The notes under the pieces: model-generated
Seen by the model: the letters and a program-made list of their open reading frames with translations, nothing else
Told to the model about the DNA's origin: nothing
The model's database searches: none
Part shown: positions 14,151 to 27,880 of the stretch, one piece after another
Layout: every line of letters starts with the position of its first letter
Position numbering within the stretch: the stretch's first letter is position 1
Position numbers and translations under genes: made by a program
Source: Octopus vulgaris
Lineage: Eukaryota
Assembly (NCBI GenBank): GCA_951406725.2
Contig: OX597836.1
Location: 3,348,001 to 3,412,000 of the forward strand
Length of the DNA: 64,000 nt
Direction of reading: 5' to 3'

Positions 14151-14624
14151 CACACATATATGCCAATACGTATGTATATATATATACACATATATATATA
14201 TATACACATATATATATACATACACACACATATATACCTATAAGTACGTATATATATATATATATATATAAACAATATGCACTTCTATATACACGCAGAG
14301 ATACGCGTATAATACGCATCTGTATATCATTAAATCTATCTGTCTCTATCACTCACTGTATATATATATATATATATATATACATACACACATTTTGATA
14401 CATAGATAGATGGATACACGTGTATGTGTATGTATCTATCTCCCTGTCTGTCTATCTGTCCCACGTTTACCAAACTCAGCGCATATACCTACATATTGTC
14501 CTCAATTAATCTCCAAATCCGTGTATTTCTCGCCCATTTCGCACATGAACCCCTCCCGCCTCCTTCACAGCCCCTCTCTCTCTCTCACACACACATCCAT
14601 TAGCCCTATCTAACAATCGCGCAC

Positions 14625-14655
<31 letters not shown>

Positions 14656-15081
14656 GTATATATATATATATATATAGTGTAATAAATATATGCATACATA
14701 CAAACATACATGTACGTACCTACATCTACATGTATATATAGATGCATATATAAATGCATATAAAAATATATATACGTGAGTACAGGACACCACAACTAGA
14801 CGTAGAACTCTCTCTCTATATATATATACACACACACAAACATATATATACATTTACATTAGTCGTGCTCACTCTCTTATTCGCTCTCTCTCTCTCTCTC
14901 TCACCATCTCTTTCACTCCACTCTTCACTCACCTTCATTAAATACATAGAAATCTCTGTATTAGCGTCATGCACATCCACACAACCAGTCTCTCTATCTC
15001 TCTCTCACACACATTCGACCTTTCACACTTATTTACACGTTCTCTCACGCACTTGTACAAATATGCATCTCACCATTTCTT

Positions 15082-15113
<32 letters not shown>

Positions 15114-15208
15114 TTCACACCTACAACACTCTTCAGCTCAACGATGTTCTCATTTTCTGTTGCATACGTTTATCGAAAGCCATCATATACAAGTCTATAC
15201 ATAGGTCT

Positions 15209-15337
15209 CAGGAGTGGCTGTGAGTTCAGTTTCACTGCCTGGCACTTTGGGCAAGTGTCTTCTTCTATAGCCACTGGCCAACCAAAGCCTTGTGAGTGGA
15301 TTTGGTAGATGGAAACTGAAAGAAGCCCATCGTACGT

Positions 15338-15370
<33 letters not shown>

Positions 15371-15560
15371 ATTTGTCTACCCTACATCGCTTGACAACAG
15401 ATGCTGGTGTGTTTATGTCCCCGTAACTTAGCGGCTCGGTAAAAGAGACTGATAGAATAAGTACTAGACTGACAAAGAATAAGTCCTAGGATCGATTTGC
15501 TCGACTAAAGGCGGTGCTCCAGCATGGCCGCAGTCAAATGACAGAAACGAGGAAATGAGT
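15209..15560 (+). mobile_element. SINE family A (5' internal deletion); a second degenerate copy follows at about 15725-16055
   Basis: CAGGAGTGGCTGTG head, GGCACTTTGGGCAAGTGTCTT and tail GGCGGTGCTCCAGCATGGCCGCAGTCAAATGAC. Confidence 0.9.
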
Positions 15561-16669
15561 ATACATATAGACATCTGTGTCTCGTGCGTGTGTGTGTTCG
15601 TTTCTGAGTGTGTGTGTGTATGTGTGCGCGTTGTCACTCTGGCTTCTTTATCAAAGATGTCTTCTCCCTGAATCGCATAATACCAAATGCAGGCTGCCAT
15701 ATTGAACGCCTTGATACGAAAAGGTATTGACTGTGTGGCAAGAGGTTTTGCTTCTCAAACACATGGCTCCGGGTTCAGTCCCACTGCTTGGCTTCTTGGA
15801 TAAGTGTCTTCTAACATTGCCATATACACACATATATGTCTGTATGCGTGTGTGTGTACGTGTACCTATGTCTGTCTCCCACCATCGCTTGACAACTGGT
15901 GTTGGTTTGTTTTCTTTCCTACAACCTCGCTGAAACTGATTGCATGAACACCCTGCTTCAAAACAAAAGTTGCTGGGTCAATCTGTTCGACTTAAATCCT
16001 TCAAAGCGGTGCCCCTACATGGCCGCAGTCTAACAGTTGAAACATTTAAAGGATAGAAGACATTAACGCTAATGAAAATGTTTCTGCTATTAGAAGGCAC
16101 CAAGGACACAAAACACGAAATTTTGTTTGGACTTAACATAATAATTATAACGGATTTTCAAAACGTTTATATCCATGGTAACAACTTCAGATATTTTCTG
16201 ATTCTTTTTATATTTGTGGCTTTTCAGTTCCCCATATTAGGAATGGTTCCGTGGTTAAGAGGCTTGCCATTGTGGCAAGCAGTACCAACACTACTACCAC
16301 CACCAACACCAAAACAACAACCACCTAATCATCGACCACAATCATCGCAGCCACAACCACAATTACTACCACATCCATCATAACTACCACAAAAACTACC
16401 ATTTCCACAACTACCACCAGCACAATCACCAGAACAATAACCACCATCACTACAAGTATACCACCACCAGAACAACCACCACCAAAACAACCACATACTC
16501 CTACCACCACCACCACAATCATCTGAACAATAACTACCATTACCACAACCATCATAACAACAACAACCACCATACCACCACCACCACCACCACACACCCA
16601 TCACAACCCCCATTACAACAAAGACGGCCTCATGATTTCACTTATAAACGAATCGAAATAACTGAAATG

Positions 16670-16855
16670 TGGTTTCGATTCCTGGCCCAGGCAACGCGTT
16701 GTTTTCTTGAGCACGCACTACGTTTCGCGTTGATCCATTTCGCTCGATTAGCAAAAACGTGTAACCCAGTGAAGGGCAGGCGTCCCCTCTAGGTGGGTCA
16801 TATTTACGCCATGGGAACCGGCCCTAATAAGTCGGTACGACTCGGGAAGGAACGT
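16670..16855 (+). mobile_element. Degenerate CORE-type SINE with an alternative tail
   Basis: B-box GGTTTCGATTCC and CORE-like GCGTTGTTTTCTTGAGCA; the tail GGAACCGGCCCT..GACTCGGGAAG also occurs at about 45240-45285. Confidence 0.6.
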
Positions 16856-18344
16856 TTGTTTTTTTACTATTTGTCTTCACTAATCGTCTACACGTTGCTC
16901 TCAATAACTTGTGCAATTCTCTATAGAGAGTTCTTCACGAATTCGATTTGGTATTTCATTTCACTTGTTCGTGTCTTCTGTGTAGACAGTTCGAGGAATC
17001 ACAGAGATGGTAATTCTGTGTAGACTTCAAGACACCGATTCTTGCGAACGCGCTGGAATTATTGACATTTCTTTTGCCAACATAGCAGAAAGGAACAATG
17101 GGACTGAATGGGAATTTTGTTTACATATATAATTGAATAACAGAGAATTCTCATTCGGGGAGAGTGAGAGAGGAGGAGAGAGACACAGACAGGGAGAAAG
17201 AAGGGCGGAGAGGGAGAGAGGAGAGGAGGCGAGAGAGACAGAGAGGGAGAAAGAGAAAGACTAGGGGAAAGACAGAAGAGAGGGTGTAATGATAGAGAGA
17301 AGAATACAAGTTTTTTCTCCACACTACCCCCTCCAAACGCACACACACACACACAGATATATTCACGAAAATACAAAAGAATCCAATGACAGGAAAGAGA
17401 GCCTGGGTTTACCAATCCGACAGAACATACGTATGGATATATATAAGGAGCATTAGTTATAAAAGAAACACTAATTTTGGGTCAACGACTTTACATACAC
17501 CCCACCCCTCAAATATTTAATCATATATATAAAAGAATAACACCATGATCTACAAACATGAAAAAAGAATACGAATCAAATCACAGAATGTAAAAATATA
17601 TATATCCAAATAAAATACAAATAGAACGGTTTATCAAAAGTTACATATAAAGACTAAAGGTTCAAAACTACCAAAAGCCTACTGGCCAAATATTAAATAA
17701 AGATAAAATAAAATAAATGTCCACCGACTCAAACGATTTTATCTGACGATTAAAATATTTTTTTTAAATTATTAATTTTTTAATTATTCAAAATCTTTTT
17801 TTTCTTATTTATAATATTTTTTAATTATTTAAAATCTTTTTTTAATTTTAAAATAATATTTGAAAGTCTTTTACTTACCTCACACAGGTACATCCAAGGT
17901 TCATATAAGTAAACAGGCTTCCACAGGTCAAATTCACGTACATCTTGAAAAAAGTCTTGTACTTGCTCCACACAAGTACGTTTAAAGTTCACAATAAACA
18001 GATATCACCGATGAAATTAAACAATCACAAATGTCTATGACCATTTCGGGAGCTCACCACCGCAGTTCATTTACACTAAAGGGCATAATGGCAACAACCC
18101 CCGCCTCATCAAGATAAATATGAAGCATGCACAGATCAACTTTTATGAAAAGCTTACATCCGTTAATGAAAAACTTATATAATTTAAGAAGAACCTATCA
18201 GCGGACGAGTCCAAATTTCTTATAGGAAAAAAATGCAAAAAACAAGTGCTAAACACTCAGGTGGCTGTAGTTAACAGAAATTCAACGTCGCCGGTTTCAA
18301 ATCCCCGTAACGCTAAAACAATTTTATTACATCTACTTTTATTT

Positions 18345-18980
18345 CTATACACTTCCAAAAACAGCGGACGCAAACCTATGATTGCAAAAAGGGATCACCT
18401 CAGTAAATCTATTCAAAGTTTTTGGCCCAAAAAACATAAAGATTGCAAGGGATTCCTTTACACACAACTTATTTATATTTACTCTGAAGCAAGGGGTTCT
18501 CGAAATAATGGACCATTCCAGAGATTAACTCTTATTCTTATTCTTTAGATCGTGTAAATAAGATGCTAGTGTGGTAGAGCTGCATTATCTTTCGTTTGAG
18601 AACCAGCTCATGTGGGCCCTAAACCTAGCCTTAAAATTTAATGTACTGCTTCTATAAAACTTATTTAAATCATCCTTATCCTTAACAACGCATTTATACA
18701 CTGCATAGGTAATTAGACAGAACCCGTCAATGGGACATAATCGAGGGTTTCTACGATTAGATGATTTCCCAGGGCCATCCCTAACCTTATTTCTACCACT
18801 AACAGTACTTGTCAGGTTTCCCATATTCACTCCTTCACATCTCTCAATACTGGGGTTCGATACACAAGGTGGAGGCAACATGTTGGCATCTCTTAACTAC
18901 CCATTTATATTTGAGAACTTTATATTTGCAGTTGTATAAATCCTTTATTTCTATAATAAGAAGCAAATATCATTCTTGTA

Positions 18981-18981
<1 letters not shown>
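18345..18981 (-). pseudogene. Penelope-like element GIY-YIG endonuclease remnant
   Basis: Reading through two stops gives CPIDGFCLITYAVYKCVV..KFYRSSTLNFKARFRAHMSWFSNER*CSSTTLASYLHDLKN..LEWSIISR..KLCVKESLAI..TLNRFTEVIPFCNHR, matching the PLE pattern CPL.G.CL..VVYK..YIG.T..FK.R..NH..F..STELS.Y..LK..WSI..LC..E..LN.R.E..C.H. Confidence 0.85.
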
Positions 18982-19029
<48 letters not shown>

Positions 19030-19107
19030 CATGCGATATATGAATAGCATAGACATACATACATTTATGACTGTGTGCGCGTATGTTTGTGTGTATGTAT
19101 ATACTTC

Positions 19108-19138
<31 letters not shown>

Positions 19139-19404
19139 ATGTGTGTGTGTGTGTATGTGTGTGTGTGTGTGTGTGTGTCTATGTGTGTGCATATATATAT
19201 ATATATATAATGTACATAGAAGGCCTCAAATTTGTGGGACTAGTCGATTATATCGACCCCAGTGTTTCACTGATAGATAAGTTTTCGATACCGAAAAGAT
19301 CAAAGGCAAAGTCGCCATCGGTGGAATTTGAACTCAAAATGTAAAGCTGGATGAAAGGATGGTAAGCATTTCTGCCAGCTCACCACCTTAATAATATCGA
19401 TAAC

Positions 19405-19480
<76 letters not shown>

Positions 19481-20007
19481 GCAACAACAACAATAATAAT
19501 GATAATAACGATGATGATGATGATGATGATGATGATGCAATATGTTACATATGTCTGTCACCTTTTAATAATAATATTTTCCAATATGCCACTATCGTGT
19601 CATTCGTTCATTGGCTAAACAAAGAAAATAAAAGAAATGAAGAATAAAAATATAAACAAATAACTAAATAATTACATATAAATATATATGTGCGTGTGTC
19701 TGTGTGTATACATATGTATATACATATACGCGTTTGCATGTGTATGTATATATATGTGTGTGTGTGTGTGCGTGTGTGAGCATATATGTGTGTATATATA
19801 TATGGATATATATATATATACATATTTACATATATAAATGTACATAAATATACATACTATATCTAATGTACAAATATATTTGTATATGTATATTATACGT
19901 ATATATATGTTTGTGTGTGTGTGTGTGTACATATATGTGAATATATATATGTATATATACATGCATAAATATATATAAATATATGTATATATATACATAT
20001 ATATATA

Positions 20008-20053
<46 letters not shown>

Positions 20054-20605
20054 TATATATATATGTATATATATATATTTATATATATATATTTATATAT
20101 ATATATATATGTAGGTAATTAAAAAGATATTCTGCTTGAATGAAATAGAAACTGTCTTAATTATGAACTGGCAACTGGCCGAAAATTACTTGACCTCTGT
20201 ATGCCATTCAACGTGTTGCGGGTCAACAGGAAGTCAAGATGCAATACTGGAAGATAATATCCACAACTGACTCGAGTGACACATACGTTAGCCATTTTAA
20301 TCGTATTTGTCAACGAAAATCGCAACGGAATGAATGCATCATCTGTGTTTGTGTATGCACGTATGAATGTATACAGATGCATACACACGCACGCACACAT
20401 ACAAACACGCACACACACAGATACACATGCACAAACACACACATATATGTAGGTATAAACATGCAAACACGCATATGCAAACACACAAACACAATATATA
20501 TATACATATATACATACATAATAATAATAATAATGTTCGTCCTTCGGGTTCGAAGATGACCATTGACATACATACATACATACATAAATGCATACATACA
20601 TACAT

Positions 20606-20660
20606 ACAATCATCCTTTTCCGTATCGCGGTTCGCCTATCGCGGTTTATTATCTAAGCTA
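20606..20660 (+). mobile_element. Possible pogo/Tigger-like transposon end (similar relic at 25782-25831)
   Basis: TA-CA(A/G)TCATCC..TATCGCGGTTC.CCTATCGCGG resembles Tigger-type termini; short, with no partner end. Confidence 0.35.
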
Positions 20661-21154
20661 TCGTCGGTTCCTCCGTGGTGTTGTTTTTCAGTTAACGCAG
20701 AATGAATATACAAATTATAAAAATGATAATAATAGTAGTAAATATACGCTGAAGGGATATCATGGGGACATACCACAAAACGATGGCCGGTCCAGGCAAA
20801 TAAATGCAACCATCATGGCGGTTGTCCTCATCCGGTTGTCACTTCCTTACCCAGAGTCATCCACTCGGTTCGCGGTGGTCCCTTTCACTCGTCTTGCAAC
20901 AAAATTTACGAAATATAGCATCTCCCTTTCAAAGTCAAGCTGATGGGAGTCATTAGGAGGTTGACAGAATACGAAAATACCTGTTTTTAGTTTTTTTAAT
21001 AGCATTCACCACATAACCTCTTTCTCCATGAAAGGTTATGTGGTGACAATTAAAATATTCCTGTAGTTCACGGCCAAAAGAACGTGGTATGGCAATTGCA
21101 CGATAAACTTGGCCGACAGCCGCTTCCGTAGCCACGGCAATGTGAGACGAGCCC

Positions 21155-21400
21155 TTCACACAGTTGAATATTAGCAGTTGAAGGGAAAAGCATACGCTCT
21201 GATCTGGTCAGACAAAACCTGGATCCAGGCATGACAGCCACGCAGTAATATGTATACAAGAGACACATTATACATCTCAAATAAACCTCCCCGATTTTTG
21301 AGAGAAAGATAGAACTTCTTTGTAATTTAGTCTCTGGGTGAGAATAGCTGCCCTTCGCGTAACTCTACCAGTTGAACTGAAAATCCGGACTGAAACAGGC
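21155..21400 (+). pseudogene. Degenerate APE endonuclease N-terminus of a LINE ORF2
   Basis: One frame reads FTQLNISS*REK...AVICIQETH..NLPDF*EKDR, i.e. the APE motifs xQxNxxxL and xICIQETH followed by an RKDR-like motif. Confidence 0.6.
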
Positions 21401-21997
21401 TAGAAGCACCTTAACCGTTCTGTTATTCCCGCTTTCTTCGAAACTGTCTGCTGACATCGACTTAAAATTACAAATGCCTTACTTGCAAGCTTTGCCCACT
21501 CGTTCAGATTAAATTTTATTTCTTTTGCCGCATCGTATTTCTTTAGAAATGATGATGGTGATGATGAGGAGGAGGAGGAGCAGGAGGACGACGTCGACAA
21601 CAACGACGGCGATGTGATGATGATGATGATGATAGTGGTGGTGGTGGTGCTGCTGCTGCTTGTGGTGAGGATGATGAGGACAAGGAGGAGGAGAAGGGAA
21701 TAATGATGATTAAATGGTGATGATGTCGACGATGACGACGATGATGATGTAGACGACTGTGTGATGATGATGATATAATTGCTGTGGCTGTCGCTGCAGT
21801 ATATTTCGTTGTTTATCGCCAAGTTATCATTAAAATACCGGAGCTTTACCATCAAAGCCATTCCTACCGTGGCCTCTCAAACTGTTATCTTGAACCACAT
21901 CATTCAACTTACGCGTCGCGTTTTTTTTCTTTTACAGAGATAAAATTTTCGTTGTTATTTCTAGGAAGCTGGGAGATCTTACTATACTGTAACGGCT

Positions 21998-22292
21998 ACT
22001 CTTCTTCTTCTTCTTCTTCTTCTTCTTCTTCTTCTTCTTCTTCTTCTTCTTCTTCTTCTTCTTCTTCTTCTTCTTCTTCTTCTTCTTTCTTCTTCTTCTT
22101 CTTCTTCTTCTTCTTCTTCTTCTTCTTCTTCTTCTTCTTCTTCTCCTTCTTCTTCTTCTGCTTCTTCTCCTCTTCTTCTTCTTCTTCTTCTTCTTCTTCT
22201 TCTTCTTCTTCTTCTTCTTCTTCTTCTTCTCGTTCTTCTTCTTCTTCTTCTCCTCCTCCTCCTCCTTCTTCTTCTTCTTCTTCTTCTTCTTC
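21998..22292. repeat. (TTC)n polypyrimidine microsatellite
   Basis: About 290 bp of nearly pure TTC/TCC repeat. Confidence 0.97.
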
Positions 22293-22954
22293 ATTCTTTT
22301 CATATTTTTCCTTCTCTTTGTCTCTTGCATCTGCTATTCTTTTTGCCGTCACAAAAACTGCAACGGTATCACTATGACAGGACGTTTAAGTGCGGTTCTC
22401 TCCTGCTTGCTCTTCGTCTCAATATGGCAACCACTCTAGTGTTTAATGGAACACATATACACACACACACATACATACACACACACACACGCACATACAC
22501 ACATGCACACAAACACACACACACCTGGAGCTATGGTTCCAGGTGTGTGTCAGTGTGTCAGTACCTTTATTAACAAGAACGCACTGAAGCTGAACAGGAA
22601 GAAAAAGATAGAGAGAAGCGGTGAAGTAACGAATAAAGGACTAAAAATAATAACCATGTCGAAGAATGAGAATAAAGAAGAAAGAGTGGAGAAAAAGAAG
22701 AAGAAAAAAAAACAAGAATAACATAAAAACAAAAAGAAAGCATCGCCGAAATACGAACTAAAATGGTGCAAGAATGATAATTATAGAAATGCCAATAACA
22801 TATGTTTTAAAAACGAGGCTTGCTGTGGCATTTACATTTTCATCTTCTGGGTGAATGATCGTCTCATTTGCAGGATTCTTGAAACTAATTAGCTCTTGAA
22901 ATTTCCTGGAAATTTCCCAACAACCATTCTGAGTAATTCTTTTATTCTTTCATT

Positions 22955-23216
22955 CTTTCATTCGTTAACTTGTTTCAGTCATTTGGCTGCGGTCATGCTG
23001 GGGCACAGCCTGGAGGAGATTTTCTTCGAACAAATCGACCTCCGTTACAGATTGTTCTTATTATTAATCCTGCTACTTACTCCATCGGTCTCAATTTTTA
23101 CCAAACCGCTAAGTTACGAGGTGGTGGTGTGGGGGCGTAAACACAACAACACCAGTTAGAAATTGGTGGCACAAAGATACACACACACACTCACACACAC
23201 ATGTATACATACATAC

Positions 23217-23260
<44 letters not shown>

Positions 23261-23606
23261 CAATAATAATAAAGGTTAAAATAAATTAATTAATTAGTAA
23301 TTAGTAATTTTACCAAGTAGTTCGGTATGTTTAAAAGAACCATTATCGGTAAACTTATACAGAAATTTTATAATTATGAGTATAATCATAATTAGGGTTC
23401 CGCAAAAATTTGCTTCCCCACATATCGAAATTTAGAAATAGCAGTTAAAACTAACTATTTCACTACCATAAGAAAATCTCCCAGACGGCAATACTCAAGA
23501 ACTCACGCAAGGTAAAGAGAAAATTATAACGAATTCACCCGGCTTTGTGGGGAAGCAACTTTTTGCTGAAACCTAATTATAATTATACTCATAATTATAG
23601 ATTTTT

Positions 23607-23652
<46 letters not shown>

Positions 23653-23790
23653 GGGCTTCTTTCAGTTTCCACTTACCGAATCTACTTTCATGGTTATATT
23701 TGAATACAGATGCCCAAAATGCCTCACGGTAAGACTGAACCCAGAACCCTGTGGTTAGGAAACAACATTGATACAAACACAGCCATACCT
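22955..23790 (-). mobile_element. SINE family A split by an insertion in its internal (TA)n
   Basis: Tail half about 22955-23215 and head half about 23650-23790 flank an unrelated module of about 350 bp. Confidence 0.8.
23356..23612. repeat. Inverted repeat with arms of about 67 bp (23356-23422 / 23546-23612) inside an inserted module
   Basis: TATAATTATGAGTATAATCATAATTAGGGTTCCGCAAAAATTTGCTTCCCCACA versus TGTGGGGAAGCAACTTTTTGCTGAAACCTAATTATAATTATACTCATAATTATA. Confidence 0.88.
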
Positions 23791-24415
23791 GGACGTCTGC
23801 GCCTGAGGATAATTATTGTATCATATGTGTGTGTATATATGTATATATGTATGCGTGTTAGTATGCATGTAGGTGTGTGCGTGTATGTATGTATGTATGT
23901 ATGTATGTATGTATGTGTGTATGTATGTATGTGTGTACGTATGTATGTATGTATAAATGTATGTATATATGTATGTATATATGTACGTATGTATATATGT
24001 ATGTATACATATATATATATGTATACATGTATTTATATATGTGTATGTACGTATATATGTATTTATGTATGTATTATGTGTGTATGTATGTATTATGTGT
24101 GTATGTAAATATTATATAGGTGTAGATGTGGTGGTGTAGTTAAAACGTTTACTTTGCAGCCACGTGTTTTCGGGTTCTAATTGAATCCATTTTTGCTGGA
24201 CACGTTGAATGTCTTTTTCTTGGTTCGACTAATGCCCTTTGAGCGCATTTTGGTTGATGGATAAATCTGATATGAGGCTGTGGTCGCTAGGCCTGACACA
24301 ACATATAAAGCGAATAACATGAGTGATATCCCGGTTACAGTGGAGAAGGGAAACCGGTGGATTTGGTCAAAAGACAGTGAATTTTCAACGGCTAGAAAGA
24401 TATAGAGTGACCAGT

Positions 24416-24794
24416 GGAGGCGCAATGGCCCAGTGGTTAGGGCAGCGGGCTCGCGGTCGTAGGATCGCGGTTTCGATTCCCAGACCGGGCGTTGTGAGTG
24501 TTTATTGAGCGAAAACACCTAAAGCTCCACCAGGCTCCGGCAGGGGATGGTGGTGATCCCTGCTGTACTCTTTCACCACAACTTTCTCTCACTCTTACTT
24601 CCTGTTTCTGTTGTACCTGTATTTCAAGAGGCCGGCCTTGTCACTCACTGTGTCACGCTGAATATCCCCGAGAACTACGTTAAGGGTACACGTGTCTGTG
24701 GAGTGCTCAGCCACTTACACGTTAATTTCACGTTAATCCGTTGATCGGATCAACCGGAACCCTCGTCGTCGGAACCGACGGAGTGCTTCCATCC
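24416..24794 (+). mobile_element. Full-length young SINE family C with a 14-bp TSD
   Basis: A-box TGGCCCAGTGG, B-box-like GGTTTCGATTCCC and tail ..CGACGGAGTGCTTCCATCC; perfect direct repeat ATAGAGTGACCAGT at 24402-24415 and 24795-24808. Confidence 0.95.
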
Positions 24795-25475
24795 ATAGAG
24801 TGACCAGTTGATCTAAGAAGTGATGCCTTGACTCAGTGAGCGGAAGGGCGAGGTGCAATAATACAGTCGAGAGGAATTCCTCGATGTGGTAGGCATGTAG
24901 CGGCACTACACAGCAGCGCTTGCTGAACGCACCACTGGCTGGAGACAGCTTGCACCCGCACTATCGGAGCTTAAGATGGTAGCTGAGAGCAGCACACTTC
25001 ACCTTTCCTGTAAATAAACCAGTTGTAAACAGCATTTGTGCTTGAAGTCTTTTCTCTTCGCCTGCCGGAATCCTGAACTACGTGAAGAACAATAAGATGA
25101 TGGAAGGAGATTATATTCTTCCGATATCGTAAACCTTGGCTTCCATCATTAAAGGCACTTTTTGCCCTAATGAGTCCATAAACCGCCTAGTATCCAGTTT
25201 TGCCCAAACCGGGGACAAATCGGGTCAAAACACCGGACCCGGCGATCCACCGTCGAGCTGAACGAAGCCTTGTGTTTCTGACGCATAAGTCTCTCTGGAA
25301 AGTTTCTCACGAACAAAATACAACAGCCAGTGACATCCTACGTTTGTACACACACTATAAACGTCTTGCACATCGGTGTTTTAATCTAAGATTATCTAAA
25401 ATTCGTTAATTAATTTAGAAGAAAACAAATCTAAAGCGTTCATTGATGAACACGCAACGAACAAATTGAAGCAGC

Positions 25476-25632
25476 AGGTGGGATTTTGTGGTAAGAAGTT
25501 TGTGCTTCCGAACCACGTGGTTCAGGATTCAGTCCCGCTGTGCAGCATCTTCAGCGAGTGTCTTCTATTATAGCCTTGAATCAACCAAAGTCTTCTCAAT
25601 GGATTTGGCAGACGGAATGAAAGAAGCTCACC

Positions 25633-25695
<63 letters not shown>

Positions 25696-25736
25696 CACAC
25701 ACACACACATACACACACACATAAATATATATTTAT

Positions 25737-25784
<48 letters not shown>

Positions 25785-25945
25785 TGATATCTCGCAGTAC
25801 GAGTTTAATTGGTTCTATGACCAAGCTCGTATATATATATATATATATATAGTTAATCCAAACAAGAAAACACAAAAAACACAACAACGCGAGGACGTGG
25901 AACAAATATAGTATTATTGGACGCTCAGGAAAGAAGGAAAGAAGG

Positions 25946-25976
<31 letters not shown>

Positions 25977-26195
25977 TATACACGTCTATGTGTTTGAATA
26001 TCAATGTATGTTTGTGTTTGTTGCCCACCACTGCTTGGCATCCGGTGTTGGTTTGTTTATTTCTTCATGACTTTAGTGTTTTCAGTGAATGAGTGCGATA
26101 GGATATGTACGAAACTTTTTTTTATATAAGTACTGGGATCGATTCGTTCGACTAAAATCCCTTCAGGATGGTGCCCCAGTACGGCCGTAGTTCAA
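25476..26195 (+). mobile_element. SINE family A with foreign fragments nested in its (TA)n
   Basis: Head 25476-25635 and tail about 26000-26195; inserts at 25782-25831 and 25851-25945. Confidence 0.8.
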
Positions 26196-26638
26196 TAACA
26201 ACGCATCTAGCAACAGCACCAGCAGCAGCTGCTGCTCCAGCGACGTAGTTATTTGACATAAAATGAAAGAGAAGCGAATGCTTGATCAAACTCGATCGAA
26301 AGTGTTAAATATGATTTTACACAATTATATTTCATCCGAAGCTGTTTTTTTTTATTTTTACGATATTAATTAATTCCAGGCAGACATGGCCATTCTCATC
26401 TTAGCCGACAATCCTTCTGCAATTTTTCGTTAGTATAACCTTCATACTGAGTGGGCCGTGGGCATCTGAGTTAGTCCTCGTACCTGACGAGGCGGAGCAA
26501 TGCAGAAACTCATCCGTCTTTGGATCTAATGACGTCACCCACATCCTAAAACACTGTTTGTTATACCTTAGATGCTTAATTCCATATTTACATACCACGG
26601 ATCCCATATTTACATACATCTTTCCCTCAACTGTCCCC

Positions 26639-26673
<35 letters not shown>

Positions 26674-26870
26674 GGTTGGTGTATCATCATCATCGTCATC
26701 ACATTCAACGTAAGCTTCCCAAACTACCATGAGTTGTGTGTGTATTTATGTAGATATGTATGTCTGCATCTATGCATGTATATATATGTGTGTGTGCATG
26801 AATGTCTTTATGTATGTATGTACGTATGAATGTATCTATGTGTTTATATATGTATGCATACATATATGTA

Positions 26871-26932
<62 letters not shown>

Positions 26933-27630
26933 TGTGTGTCTGTGCCTGTGTTTATGTGTATGTATACATATACGCATATATAATATTTTGCATGTATTTT
27001 ATTCCTTTCTATATGTATATCTCTATAGGTATATGTGTTTATGTATCTTTGTATGTATGTATGCATGTACGTATGTATGTATGTATGTATGTATGTATGT
27101 ATGTATGTATGTACGTATGTATGTATGTATGTATGTATGCATGTATATATGCATGAGTCAATGTCTGTCTGTATGTATGCTTTATTACCCACCCGGTTCA
27201 TACCCTGATTTAATTCCAAATTTCAAAGGAATATTTTTGCCTTTTCTATTTCCTTAATTACAAGGCAAATTGTCTGCTGTTTTTATCAGCGTATGCACTA
27301 GCATTTCTCGGCCATATTTTTTTTACTGACAATTCTGGTTTACTGCATGTGTCCGTATGAATATATGTGCATTTAAATGTGTTAATGTGAACATGTGTAT
27401 ATATGTATATATGTGTGTATATATGTTTGTTTTCTAAGCTGTTGTTTTTATGTGAATGCGTGTGTATGTGCAGCAAACTAATCTTTTAATTCGGTTATGC
27501 ATATGTAAACGTGTATAATTATATGCACGTTATTTTAAATATGTGTGTGAGACAGTTCGTCTGTGTAAATATATATATGTGTGTGATGTGCGTGTGCATG
27601 TATATATATGTGTGTCTGTGCTTATGTACG

Positions 27631-27880
27631 TGTAATTTATACAAGGTTGTCATGTGTGTGTGTGTGTATGTGTGTGCATGTGTGTACGTGTCTGTGTTTG
27701 CGTAGTGTAATTTATACACAGTTGTCTTGTGTGTGTGGGTCTATGCTTGTATAGCTTAATTTATACAAGGTTGTCATGTGTGTGTGTGTTTGTGCGCGTG
27801 AATGTGCCCCTGTGTGTGTTTGTGTGTGTGTCTGTGTCTGTGCTTGTACAGTGTAATTTATACAAGGTTGTCATGTGTGT
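27631..27880. repeat. Minisatellite: TAATTTATACAAGGTTGTCATG x4 separated by degenerate (TG)n
   Basis: Copies at about 27632, 27708, 27757 and 27853. Confidence 0.85.

Noticed and set aside
21006-21046. 14-bp-stem hairpin as a pre-miRNA (similar small hairpins at about 4300-4326 and 57519-57545)
   Set aside because: Too short for a pre-miRNA and no match to miRNAs I recognise.
21784-22377. Poly-S/F/K/E/R ORFs
   Set aside because: (TTC)n microsatellite read in several frames.
24416-24490. tRNA gene (also at 2383, 32966 and 39064)
   Set aside because: A/B boxes are present but run straight into SINE bodies without an acceptor-stem 3' strand or terminator; these are SINE heads.
27631-27880. 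CRISPR-like repeat-spacer pattern
   Set aside because: The spacers are degenerate (TG)n of uneven length, there are no cas genes and the context is eukaryotic; it is a minisatellite.
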